Assembly (NCBI GenBank): GCA_964035545.1
Contig: OZ037766.1
Coordinates: 31,982,773-32,046,772, forward strand
Source of the DNA: Bugula neritina
Taxonomy: Eukaryota; Animalia; Bryozoa
Length of the DNA: 64,000 bases
Reading direction: 5' to 3'
The notes under the pieces were generated by a model. The model saw nothing but the letters and a program-made list of their open reading frames with translations, was not told where the DNA came from and ran no database searches. A program made the position numbers and the translations under genes. This document shows, in pieces, positions 36,248 to 49,800 of this stretch; position 1 is the stretch's first letter, and every line of letters starts with the position of its first letter.

Positions 36248-38238
36248 CATGCAGTGATGTAATAGGAATGAAAGCAAGCTCTGGTCTCTCTCCAATTCCA
36301 AAAAACTTGACATTTAAAATTAAATTATACAGTGACAGGCAAAAAAGGAAATGTCTAGCAAAGTGTCCAAAAAATAACGGAACAGCTACTAACTCCAACT
36401 GCCAAACCAGTACTTGGAATACCAGGGCAAGAGACTGAGCCATAAAGTACTAACTTCTGGATCTCTCCAACTGCTGGTAGGCATGTCATATGCTGCTAGA
36501 CTCAGTTTCAACAAGTGTAGCAGAAATATCTTACGGGCTCCTAACTAAACCACCCACTTAGTAAGTTGGAAATTGAGATTTGTCCAGGAACAACTATTGA
36601 AAACCTGGTTACCAGAACAAAGTGAAGTGGATCTACTCCATCAATTTGACAGCTGGAGCAACTTGCTTGGTCTGGTTGTAGAACACGCAGTATAGATAAG
36701 TCAAAGGAAAATGGTTTTAGACATCTCACTACTTTATAACCGACTGGGGAAATGGTTTGCTTACATAAACAGGATGTAGAGGTGTTGAATAGAGGTCATT
36801 GAATGTGTATAAGCGTAGCGTATCAGCAGGTCAACAAGAACGGCTATGATAACACTACTATGAACTTTAATCGGGAAACACGCCTGGTACCTACCTACCT
36901 TGTACCTACCCACCTTGTACCAGGGAGTAAGAGTTGATAAAAGCAAATAAAAAAACGGAAGCAGATAAGAATACTTGTATTATCAAGCTATAAAACTTGA
37001 CTATACCATCAAGTATAATTCTATATTATCTTTCCTTAAAGTTGCTGGATTCTACACAATGTTTTGTAGCATTGGGAAGTTTTCTATGAATTTTGACGTT
37101 TCCACTGGAAGTTGAACTTTTGTAATGCTTTATATTACATTCAAGTACACCATTTGCCTAATCTTGTTAGAAAAGTTTTCTGTTACTTCCATTATAACTT
37201 TTTTCCAAGTATTCAAATGTTTTTCACCTCAGAATTTTCCACAGCATTTCTATTAGTAAACCAAAGTGAAGTTTCCATTCCACTCTCCGAAGGTGAAAAT
37301 GTTGACATGGAAAAGATTTGTCTTTTAGCTTTGAGTAAAGAGCTGTCTGCAGAGATCTCAGCTTTCACGATTACTGTAAAACCTCGATGAGAACAAAGCC
37401 ACGACATTCATTCCATCAAAACTAATATTGTCAACTTGCGGAAAGCTGTTCTCTAATCCATTATAATAATACTTATGATTGTTTATTGCTTCTCCTGGTC
37501 TAAAATATTATTCTAGAATAGTAATAATTAGTATTTCTATATAAATCAGCATTGTATAGAAAAACTTAAAAAATAACATAGTTTCACCAGGTACCACATA
37601 ACTACTAGCCATATAACTCAACACTATGATCCAAAATATTTTGGTGAGTTTCAAGTTTATTTTAATATATTATATGCTACATTTTATTATTACTTAAATA
37701 CAGTAATATAATTAACAACCATCAATAGTATATTATTGCAAGGTATCCTTTATGTTATCAGCGAGTTGCTGAAAGCTAAACTGCGACAAGTAAACAGCGT
37801 TGAGAGACATTTATTAGAAAAACACAACTATATAAAAAACACTGAGATTTTAGTGTTCTTTTGTCATAAGATGCACAGTTTATTATAATTTCATATATTT
37901 ACAATACCTATAAGGATAATGCATTGTTAATTGCCACTTGGAAAATTAGAAGTGATAATTTACAAAATGAGAAAATCACTTTCATGCAAAGTCAACAATC
38001 TCTATTCTAACTGAAGACATCAAAGGAGATGACTTTAATATGTGGCACTGGGCTAACGAGTGATAACAGGTACCGTCAAGCTAAATCGCCCATAACTATT
38101 GACTACATGCACAGTCTACAGGGTCAGATTATACTACGGGCTATATGTTACTACAGGGCAACACTGTACTGCAGGACCATATTAGCTACAGAGCCATATT
38201 GTGCTATAGGGCCATATTAGCTACAGGGTAGTATTTTA

Positions 38239-41200
38239 CTACAATGCCATATTACGACCCTCTATGCTTATCTTCACTGCACTCAACGATTTCGATGCTT
38301 TCTTTTTATTGTCCATTTTCTGTTTCTGTAGTTCGTATCTGGTCCTCTTCTTTTTGCTGGATCCCTAGCAAAGATATCAGATTAACAATATAACATAATC
38401 ATAACATAACACAATACATTGACATATAACATATTACAAGACAATATGCTCCACATAGCACACAGTGAGTTCACCCAACACAGCCATCTCTCTCACAGCA
38501 TCATAACTTACTCTGGAAACGTTAACCTCCATATCCACATTACTCTCTGGTCTAACCACGTAGTCTTTGTTGGAAGGGCGAGGCACCCGTGCCCTATATA
38601 TCCACCCAGGATCTCCTGGACGCAGGGCTTTCTGCTCCTCATCGTCTTTCCCGTCCGAACTGTTAAAAGACAACTAGTATGCAGGAAACATGACTGATTC
38701 CAGACTACCCTGGATGTTACCTAATATATTTTTATTTGACAAGAACGCTAAGACTATTAGCTGAACTGAGATGTTCCTGTATACTTTACCTTCTACGTCT
38801 GCTCTTCAACGTCTGCAAGTCCCTTTGCTGCCGATCCTCTCTGTTGACTGAGCTGAAGTTACTGGACTGACCAAAGATTGGACGACTCCACTCATTGATG
38901 AGTCGCCCAGCAATATCTCTGTTGGCTCGTAGCTCCTTCGGGTGTTTGAAGAGATACATGATGGCTTTACCGATGCCGCTGGACTTCAGTTGGTCAGTGT
39001 CAGGGTGCGGCAGCTAGCAGAATAGAAAAGGTCAAAGGTGAAGTGGCTCAATGTACTACATTACAATCTAGAACTTGTATATTGGGGTCCACACATTTAT
39101 CTAATGATAAAATAAACTGGGAAATACTAGAGGTAAAAGCATATTTTATTAGACTAAGGATTTCCTCTTTATAAGATGAAGTGATTCTTCTTTAAGCTAA
39201 ACATATTACTGTGACCATAATTTATTATTGAGGAAAAGAGTATAATTAATGGCAATGTAATGGCTTAGTGTGTGTGTGCATTACTCAATACTAAGGTGTA
39301 TGGATCATCAGCTAGCTAATGAAGGATACTCTTGTGGGAAATAAAACTACCCTCTTACTCAAATCATAATTTTGACAATTTTCTCCAAACTTAATAAAAA
39401 GTCTAAAAACAAGATTTAAAATTTTCATTACGGATGTTAATCAGATAATTTAACAGTCAGGAAGGTGAAAAACCGAAGCTAGGTAATAGAGGAATAGGAG
39501 GTAGCTTCCGCCACAGGGCTATATAGTTACTATATAGTTAGGGTGTTATTGACATGGTCAGCTGATATTGCTAACAACACATCCTAGAATACAATACTAC
39601 ACACACAGCTCATTATATTTCCTTCAATACCTGCTCAACAGCACGGAAAGAGCTGAGCTGATACTCAATGGAAGGTAATTAATCAATGGCTACTGTAAAC
39701 AAGCCTAGTATTTGCATTGTTCTCTAGTACAATCACTACTTACGCATTTCACATGCTTTCTATTCACACCATAACAACACACATTTCTTAGTCTCAAATG
39801 GTGAACTTTCTATGATTTTACATAACAAAGGACAAAACTATCAACGTTTTCAGTATTGGTTACCAAGTGTGTGCAACACCCACACAACATTTACTGCATA
39901 TATCTCTTGACTTGCAAGCTTATCGCTGTATACCAGCCATCAGCATGTGAGAATATAACATACAAGTCTAATTACGATATATATCTCACATTTCAGACCA
40001 TGTTACAATCATTTCAGTTGTAACAAGCATTTCAATCTGTTTGATTGTTGACAATATGCATAAATCAAGCTTTTTGTAGAGAAAGGTGTGTGAATGTAGC
40101 TTACAGGAAGTGAGTAGAATAAGATACTGAAGGGCTAGCTGTGACCAGAGAAGGGAAGTTAGTAAATATGAGATTAATAGCTGACACTAGAAATATCGGC
40201 ACGTTATGTAACTAGTTCTTACAAGTCAAGTACTTACAGTAGCAGCTGCAAGTCTACACCAAGTACTTACAGTAGTAGCTGCAAGTCTATACCAAGTACT
40301 TACAGTAGCAGCTGCAAGTCTACACCAAGTACTTACAGTAGCAGCTGCAAGTCTACACCAAGTACTTACAGTAGCAGCTGTAAGTCTATACCAAGTACTT
40401 ACAGTAGTAGCTGTAAGTCTATACCAAGTACTTACAGTAGTAGCTGCAAGTCTATACCAAGTACTTACAGTAGTAGCTGCAAGTCTATACCAAGTACTTA
40501 CAGTAGCAACTGCAAGTCTATACCAAGTACTTACAGTAGTAGCTGCAAGTCTATACCAAGTACTTACAGTAGTAGCTGTAAGTCTATACCAAGTACTTAC
40601 AGAGCAGCTGTAAGTCTATACCAAGTACTTACAGTAGTAGCTGCAAGTCTATACCAAGTACTTACAGTAGTGAGTATCTTAAGTAGAGACTGTCTGATTG
40701 AGAGGTGAGGCAGTGACTTATCAGGCAGCGGGGCCAGCCATTCCTACAAATATAGGTCAGTCACCAAGGTCATTCATAGGTCATAGAAATTAACCGTATG
40801 AATATAAGCCAGGAGCGATAAATCATCAACAAATGACAGGTTAGTCGAACTCGTACATGCCAGCAGTGGGAGAATGGGCAGGTCAGGTGATAAATTACAG
40901 AGTTCATTAAACAATCTACCCACTCAGTCATAATCCTGACCACAAGTTAAATTTATGGGCCTGTGTGGTGGAGTTAAGAATTAAACTGCTTCTTGATGGC
41001 TGAAAGAAATGACAGACAGTCCGCAGTTTTACGTCATCAAGGAAAGTTATACAAGCGGAGCTATCTTTTCATTTTCATAACTGTATAACTCGTGTGAAAG
41101 ATAAAATCTCGGCTAACTTTTCAATAGATTTCATGACATTGTTTTGGCCAGTCAGTTATAGCACCTCAAAATGTTATTTTTAACTGACATCTAATCTAAA

Positions 41201-44200
41201 CTTGAATCTCTAAAGATAATAAAGTTACTATTACGCTCACAGTGAGTGTTAATATTATACTCACAGTGAGTGCACTAAGTACCCCACAGTCCATGAAAGC
41301 CACTTGGAGCTCTGATCTACAAGAAATCAAACATCCAAAATAAGACATGAAATAGCAGCAGAAGACACACTGATGGAACTAGTCTGAGTTTAACCAAGTC
41401 ATTCGGTTTGTTTTGTTAGCAGACAACTTCAAGGCTACTTATACTGATTTCAAGTGTAGCTGTACACATTAGAGAAAGAGAAGGAGTTGTGTTCTCACTT
41501 GTTGAGTTGTCTCAGGACTGAAGAGAGCATTGTCAGTTTCTTAGTGGCTGGCTGGTGGTTCATATTAAGAGTTCTGTCCTCCTGCATAAAATATTACATA
41601 TGAAAAGACAACTCCACAAAATTATGCTATGACTACGGCACTGAATTTATAGCACTGAATTTCAGAGTTATCTCTTGTTAACTTTCTACTTGAATTAGAC
41701 CAGAGGATATAAAATCGAAAGGAATTAACTTCCACAAGAAGTTGGAACTCTTGGAAAAGAAAGGGGAGAAACCTACCTCAGCCGCTTCTCTCATTTTCTT
41801 CAACATCTCAACAATCAGGTCATCGTTATCATTTATGATGTCAACATTCCGCTTCCTCCTACGACTGCGAGACCGCTCTTCTTTCTTACGAGCCATCATC
41901 AGATCAAAGTCGGAGACAAACGACTCCCTAAACAAACGACAACATTAGATGGGAAAATGGCTGAGCAGTGACCCAAAAAATAGAAACACATTTCAAAAAG
42001 TACAATAATTAAAAACTAATGCCATAGATGCAAATATCGCTTTATAAAGTAAATTAAATTTAAACCCAAACAAACAGACGGATACATGTGCATTTAGGTA
42101 TAAAAACAGACAGACAGAGAGAGACAGACAGATAGACACTACTACGCTGACTCACTTGTCAGGTCTATCGTCAAGCTCATCATCGCTGCTGACATCAGGA
42201 AGTCCCGTCTCATTAGCAGCTGCTGACTTAATCTCCGCCTCGTCGAAGCCTTCAAACTCTCCCTCCTCGTCAGAGGAATCTCCAAATATATCGGCGATGA
42301 CATCACCATCTCCCGCTTCCTGTTGGAATAGAAATCATGTCAGACATTAATAACCCCTGAATATAGCTACTCTATTTTCATCCATTGTATAAGCACACAC
42401 ACACTGTATAAGCATACACACTGTATAAGCATACACACTGTATAAGCATACACACACTGTATAAGCATACACACACTGTATAAGCACACACTGTATAAGC
42501 ACACACTGTATAAGCATACACACACTGTATAAGCACCCACACACTGTATAAGCACACACACACTGTATAAGCACACACTGTATAAGCACACACTGTATAA
42601 GCACACACACTGTATAAGCACACACTGTATAAGCACACACTGTATAAGCACACACTGTATAAGCACACACACACTGTATAAGCATACACACTGTATAAGC
42701 ATACACACTGTATAAGCACACACTGTATAAGCACACACTGTATAAGCACACACACACTGTATAAGCACACACTGTATAAGCACACACATGCATGGCTAGT
42801 AGCTCACCTGAGCCTCGGCACCTTCTAATTTCTCCCCCTTTTCCTCTTCATCACCAGATTCATCAGAATCAAGGCTACAAGCATAGCCAATCAAGAGTTT
42901 ACAAGTGTCACTCAACTGTATAATAATGACATACCAACTTTATGACTTTAGCCAATAATAGCGCACCATACACAGGCAGGAAATGAAAGGGGAATCCAAA
43001 ATGTCACTATAAAGATGTTATGTTATGTAATAAAGTATTCTCCTTGTAACTAAAAACACTATAAATTCTTTCTAGAATACTAGTTACAGATTCGCAGATG
43101 AAAGCTGGACTCAAAGTTGTTCAACACTTTTGAACATTCGCCTTCTACAGGAAGTCCTGAATGACGTGAGAGTAAACAGTCGACTGAGTGGACACTTAAC
43201 ATTTCGCACTATAATCTCATCAATACTGGATATTAAACCTCATACTGAAAACTCAAGTGTTCCTTTAAAAGACTACAGGATCATACCGAGTTCTTTTCTT
43301 TGTGGGAATTGTCACCTCTGTTTCACTATCTGAGCTGTCAATTCTTCTCTTCCCACTTTTAGAGGAAGGCGTTTCTTGCGCCCCATCATCAGAATCAACA
43401 ACCTCATTTCCTAAACAAAATGATTAAAAAGCGCCGAACTGAAAAGACGTTTCAATAGCTAATATAATTACAAAAAATAGCTGCAACTCAAGTGACGATA
43501 AAATAGGGGGTAGTATGACTTGTAACATATAGTATTACCTGCAGGAACTAATATTTACCTGCGTGGACTAGCCTTACCTGCAGAAAAGAGAGGTGTGTCT
43601 GTTGGCGACTGGGGTCTCTCGAACGTTGGCTCAGCCAGCGTCACTTCCCTACCAGTTGGTGAATGTGGGCCGTCAGGTGACAGTGGAGCTTCTGTGCTTG
43701 TAGGTGGAGACTGAGGAGCATCTGTGGGAGGAGTCTGAGGACTAACTGTGGAAGGAGATTGAGGACTAACTGTGGGCGGAGACTGGGGGCCGTCCGTAGG
43801 AGGAGACTTGGGACCACCTGTGGGAGGAGACTGAGGAGCATCTGTGGGAGGAGACTGGGGGCCATCTGTGGGAGGTGACAGTGGAGCTTCAGTATTTGAA
43901 GGTGGAGACTGAGGAGCATCTGTGGGAGGAGACTGGGGGCCGTCGGTGGGAGGAGACTGAGGAGCATCTGTGGGAGGAGACTGAGGGCCGTCTGTGGGAG
44001 GAGACTGGGGGCCATCTGTGGGAGGAGACTGGGGGCCATCTGTGGGAGGAGATGGAGGAGCATCTGTGGGAGGAGACTGGGGGCCGTCTGTGGGAGGAGA
44101 TTGGGGGCCGTCTGTGGGAGGAGACTGGGGACCACCTGTGGGAGGAGACTGGGGGCCGTCTGTGGAGGAAAGAGACATGTTATCTGCACTGTCTATAGGA

Positions 44201-44455
44201 GATTGTGGTGTGTTTTCTGTTAGGGATGGAGCCACGTTTTCTAAAATAAAGAAATAAAGAATTGAATTATCCAAGTTTTTATATATGCCCAGTTTATACA
44301 GCTTAGGATACTAATTGTATTACAAGACAAATTGGTATGAGACACTTCTTACCCACAGAATGTTTGTCAATCTGTTCATCAAGTGAGTTAGCTGAAGGTA
44401 GCTCCCTTTCTACATTAGAATATTCAGTAGGGGTTGTTCGCCCATCATCAGCCAT
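38239..44455 (-). CDS. IWS1: Transcription elongation factor IWS1 (Spn1)
   Basis: Exons 44455-44353, 44240-43578, 43410-43287, 42874-42808, 42319-42156, 41927-41777, 41581-41499, 41316-41265, 40743-40666, 39013-38790, 38659-38512, 38364-38239 (TAG). Motifs: [56 protein letters not shown]...INEWSRPIF (TFIIS N-terminal domain), [37 protein letters not shown]. Confidence 0.95.
40227..40671. repeat. 33-bp minisatellite containing the IWS1 5' splice site (minus: ACT|GTAAGT)
   Basis: 14 copies of CTTAC spaced 33 bp apart (one unit is 32 bp), from 40233 to 40661. The copy at 40661 is the donor of exon 40743-40666. Confidence 0.96.
42385..42788. repeat. 15-19-bp minisatellite (CACACTGTATAAGCA[TA][CA])n filling an IWS1 intron
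   Basis: About 24 copies with a variable CA count. Confidence 0.94.
43665..44165 (-). repeat. Coding 24-bp repeat in IWS1 exon 2 encoding about 20 T-D-G/A-P-Q-S-P-P octapeptides
   Basis: Read directly in the exon-2 translation; it lies inside an exon with good splice sites. Confidence 0.9.
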
Positions 44456-46800
44456 TATTATGTATAAATGAGCCTTCAAACCTCTAGTTTGTCAGTATTA
44501 TCTGAATAGCCAGTGATTGAAACAGTTTAAATATCAATATAGCTATAACGATAAGTAATAATATAAGTATAAGTCAAAGGTTAGGAATAATACAACAACT
44601 TTGAAACCCCTACAAATATCAAAACGAATATAGAATATGATTTTTTGTAATACTAATAGTAACACTGATAGTAATTGTATACTGTAAGTGTATAGTCATT
44701 AAATTTAATCTTTAATCATTATCAAAAAGTAAAAAATAAAATTTAATAATCAAGTTTATCAAGTAAAATTAAATAACTCATCAGAGTGGCAGTATCAGTA
44801 TGAGCATGAGATTGACTGAAAGCTCAAGCTGAACACTAACAATAACTAAAACTATAAGTTATATATTTATAATTAAATAACTTATAATAACAAAAGAAAT
44901 TAAAATAAAATAATACATTTCTAAATCAAAATGTAATTATTTTTAATTAGTATTAGTATTACCAATTTACTTTTAGTTTTAATATTTATTTTCAAAGTTA
45001 AACTAAAACCTAAACTAAAATTTCAACTTGAAAGTAATTAAAAAATATTATTCGTTCATGGTGATTATACTTATAGGTGTATTTAGAAAGTTAAAACAAA
45101 ATAAAAAGGCTAATACTAATAGCAATAACAAAGAAAATGCATTTCCACATTAGTAATTCTAAATGACTTGGAGATTATAATAATAAATTGTTAACATGAC
45201 AATCTCTAATACTCATTGAAAGTCATTGCCTCAGACTTGGGCTTTGGAGTTCACTTAACTTAAAGCGACACTTCGATTTTAGTGCGATCTCAAAAAATTC
45301 CTGACCACATCGACTAGATATAGCAATTGCACACAAAATTTTGATGATTTTACATTGGTACGTTTTGCCTTTGGGCAGCTCAATTTTGCGCCGTGTTAAC
45401 GTTAAGCAAAGCGGTTGTAATTTGTAAGTAATGCAACTCCAAGATTTTACTCACATTGCGAGCACCAAAACATTGGCATATGCCGAGTTTGGAAAATTAA
45501 AAAAATTATTGCCAAGGATGATTTTTATAACAGCCAACATAATTATCACAATTGCTAGCAGGCTGTTTGAAAATTCAAATTTAGGGCCATATCATATATG
45601 TGATATTTTTCCCAAATCTCAACATCAAAGATACTTGAAAAAAGTTTTAATGAAATTATTTTTGTAAAAGCTATTCTGATATTTATATAAAATTAGTTTG
45701 TAAGCATTTGCATCAATAATTTATAATATATTACGATTTATATATTCTTAAAAAATTCATGAAACTGGGTTTATATTGGGATGCAATTTATTAAAATACA
45801 AATTTCGCATCAAAATGTCTTTATGAGACATTATTGCTTTCATGTGTGTTTTAGAAAGTTTGTTTTCATAATACATTCATATTATAATGTTGTTAGTGAG
45901 AATTCGCAAGGTTCAAGCAATTAAATGCATTATAGTTGAAAGATTAGAAGATTTGCAGCAATTTTATCACGGTGTATAATTGATAAAAATGAATGACTAA
46001 TTGGGTGCTATAACATAATAGTGACATATATCATCACTTTAGATTACACTAAACAGTTCAACATAAAGTCTTAAACCTCAATCTTAAAATGCTATTATAT
46101 TTATGAGCAAATTGGTAGAAAATGTAATAAGTAAGTTAGTTATCAACATAAAACATATAGCATTACTTACGCTGTAAGCGTTTTATTGGTCAAACTCAAT
46201 CAAAAATATGAAAATAAAGTTTTTTTAGTCATAAACCTGAAATCATTTGGTGTATATGAATCTAGTTTTAAAAGAGCACCAATTATGGGGTAAAATTTTA
46301 CAAGTAAAAGATCATGACAAAATTGTACACAAATCACACATTATAACTAAAACAATTATTAACGCACATGCACAAACTAGGGCAGAATTCGTTGTAGTAA
46401 ATTTTTCATTCATTTGTAGAGTTTCAAATTTGAAAAAGTAAAGCTCCAAAAATTAACTTCTGGAGTTATGTTCCTTTGCATCAAATTGCAAGTTTTGAAT
46501 ATAAGTGTGGACAATTTATTTAAGCTCTTAGCACAATTTTTCATGCTTTATGTACCTTAAAAAGAAATATATAAAACATAAACTCTGCACCAGAAAGCTG
46601 TTTCTCCCACTGGCTTATCGAAGATTATTATGCAACAAAAAATGCTATAAATAGTTTTGAATTACTTCAAATGATAACCTGATGACTCACAAATGTCCTT
46701 AACTTCTAAGGGTACCTCTGACTATTTTGTGAAATTACAACTTATAATAGAGATCAATATTACTTTTTCCCGTCACTTTATAACCCATTGTAGTTAACTA

Positions 46801-49800
46801 TCAGTATTTGTGAGTGGTTGAAATCATTTGCTGCTGCACAGCTATTTTCTGAGGATGAGTTCGTCTATCGCTCTGGCTAATTCGAAGTTTAACGCAGCAG
46901 AGAACGAGCAAATCGATGCCGAGCTCCATGAATTCAAACACAGTCAACATAGACCAGCCAACCCATAGACCGAGAGAACCACCTGAAAGAAAAGCAAATA
47001 CAGTCAGGATGGACTACCCACCCCATATAGACTTTGAGAACTAGCTGAAAGAAAACCGTCAAGTCTCAATGCAGAGACTGCACTGTGATGTAATCAGGAG
47101 GGACAAGTAGTAATAAAATTCTAAAAAACTAAACAATTAGCATTATGTCAAACTGTTTTTGTAACATAAGACCATAAAAAGTTGATTACTAATTAAATAA
47201 CAAAACTTTATAAATAGATCAATTGGCAATATTTCAAACTAAAATAATATTATGTGAAATTTTGTACCAAAGGCATAAGATAGTTTCATTTTTTTACAAA
47301 AGTTTTGCAAAATGAATAGTTATATCAAACAAAGACACTAGACTATGTTAGAATATTAGTAAGAAAAGACAATTACTAAGAATATTTTAGAAATGCTGTA
47401 TTTAATGCTTCAAATTCTTATTATAAAGTAGCATGTAAATACAACTGAATAATATTTATGAACAACTTGACCAAATAAAGCATTCGAATAGTGATTATGA
47501 CAATGAAGCTATCAATGGTCTATTTCACTGAGTATGACTAAGAATGTAGATGAGTTACCTAGATCAGATACGAACTGAAAGTCGGACACTTTGGGCTCTT
47601 GCACACTCTCAGTAACGGCAATCTTATCATAGAACACCATGACTTGCAAGAGGTTCTCTTGTATCGGCACACTGATTGAGTCATAGAGCTCATAGTTCGT
47701 CTGCAACTCGTCAAACAGTGCAGGCATATCACTCTGTATAGTGTCCTTCAGATCTCCCTGTGATTGTTATATAACATGGTATGAAGAGTTATACACCACT
47801 CAGTATGTATGAGTCACTAATGTGTGGTTGTGTAATAGTTATGATAAAATCATGACACGTTTGTATTTCCATGTAGGTACATTCAAATGAACAGAATACT
47901 TTATATAAACTGCGAATAAACACAATCCTGTGTAATACAATATTACTATTATGTCTCACTAGAATAAAAACAATTATAATCTTAATATAGAATTACGCCA
48001 TTATTATAGTCGTTTGCAATTAGACATACAAGTCATTGATATTAAAGTATATAACTAGGTCACTCACCATATAACTTGGCGCAGGCCAGACTGTAGCTGA
48101 TGGCGTAACGTCAAACACCACCTCCCTGCAACACAATGATGTGTGAAGTTACACTAAGCTATGAGTAAACAGCGTGTGATGACAGAAAATGTAACATAAT
48201 CAGTAATGAAAGCATCACTATACAGTGTGTACTATATCACTATACAATGTATACTATATCACCACACAGTGTATACTATATCACCATACAGTATATACTA
48301 TATCACTATACAGTGTATACTATATCACTATACAGTGTATACTATATCACTATACAGTGTATACTATATCACCACACAGTGTGTACTATATCACTATACA
48401 GTGTATACTATATCACTATACAGTGTGTACTATATCACTATACACTGTATACTATATCACTATACAGTGTATACTATATCACTATACAGTGTGTACTATA
48501 TCACTATACAGTGTGTACTATATCACTATACAGTGTGTACTATATCACTATACAGTATACTACTATATCACTATACAGTGTGTACTATATCACCACACAG
48601 TATATACTATATCACTATACAGTGTATACTAGAGTACTATACAGTGTGTACTATATCACTATACAATGTATACTATATCACTATACAGTGTATACTAGAC
48701 TATGTGATGTCATGGGGAGATAACAACTTGATGAACTTACTGACACGGTTCATGGCATTTTTCACACTTCAAGGAACCAGATGTAAAGTTATAATAAACC
48801 TCTTCTACGCATGCTGAAAGTATATTATAAATATTGTATACAGATTATACACACTTACGCGCACACTTACGCACGCGCGCGCACGCGCACACACACACAC
48901 ATATATATATATAGATATGAGATAATCTAGCCCAAGTTCTATAAACCAATAGCCTTAGTCTTACCTGAAGAGTTATAGCCATCACACGGCTTGACTGGAT
49001 CATAGTCGCTGTAGAAAGATTTGTTATACGGTATCTCAGGGAGAAAACAGCCACACTCTTTGATAGCCTGCAATGTGTCACACAATTGAGTTATTTCAAG
49101 AATTAGGGAAATGAATTGACATTACAAAGTTTTACTCTAAAAGTGGCAGATATGTCAACTCATTCTGGACCACAGCGGACTAGGTGAGGAAGGTGAGGAA
49201 GGTGAGGAAGGTGAGGAAGGTGAGGAAGGTGAGGAAGGTGAGAAAAGAGCAGGTATATCAACTCGAAGTGAAAGACTGCTGACTACTAACACAGGATGCA
49301 GAGAGTAAATACAACAGTTTCAGTATTACAAACATAAACTATCTAGATCAGAAGTCATTTTAGTGATGCCAAAGAGCTCTAATATCAGGTAGAGTAGAGA
49401 TCAAATGCAGCATCTCAAGTTTCTAGTCAGAAACTTCAACCATAATTTCTGAGCATTTAACTGCAAATTTCTAATGTCAAAACCCCATAAATCAGGTTAG
49501 TGCATGAAACTTTTTAGAAGTGATGTTGTAACTATAAAATGGAAGTAAACATGTATTGTGTTGTTAGTGATCACTCACATGAGATAAGCTGTCTCAGTGA
49601 CCAATCATATGAGAGATAAGCTGTGTCGGTGATCAATCACATGAGAGATAGATAATAGACCAATCACATGAGAGATAGATAATAGACCAATCACATGAGA
49701 TAAGACATATGCCATGCGACTGAAGTTACCTGCTCCTGAACACATGATTTCTCACAGGCTGGTTTGCTGTAGGAATAGCCATACTGATAGTTGTATATTG

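Noticed and set aside
36210-37407. Short ORFs between the ETS gene and IWS1 as a possible extra gene or upstream ETS exons
   Set aside because: No recognisable domain and no phase-consistent exon chain.
43641-44257. Alternative-frame and antisense ORFs (LLPQ repeats, WEETGG repeats)
   Set aside because: Shadows of the 24-bp coding repeat. Only the TDGPQSPP frame is in phase with the adjacent IWS1 exons.
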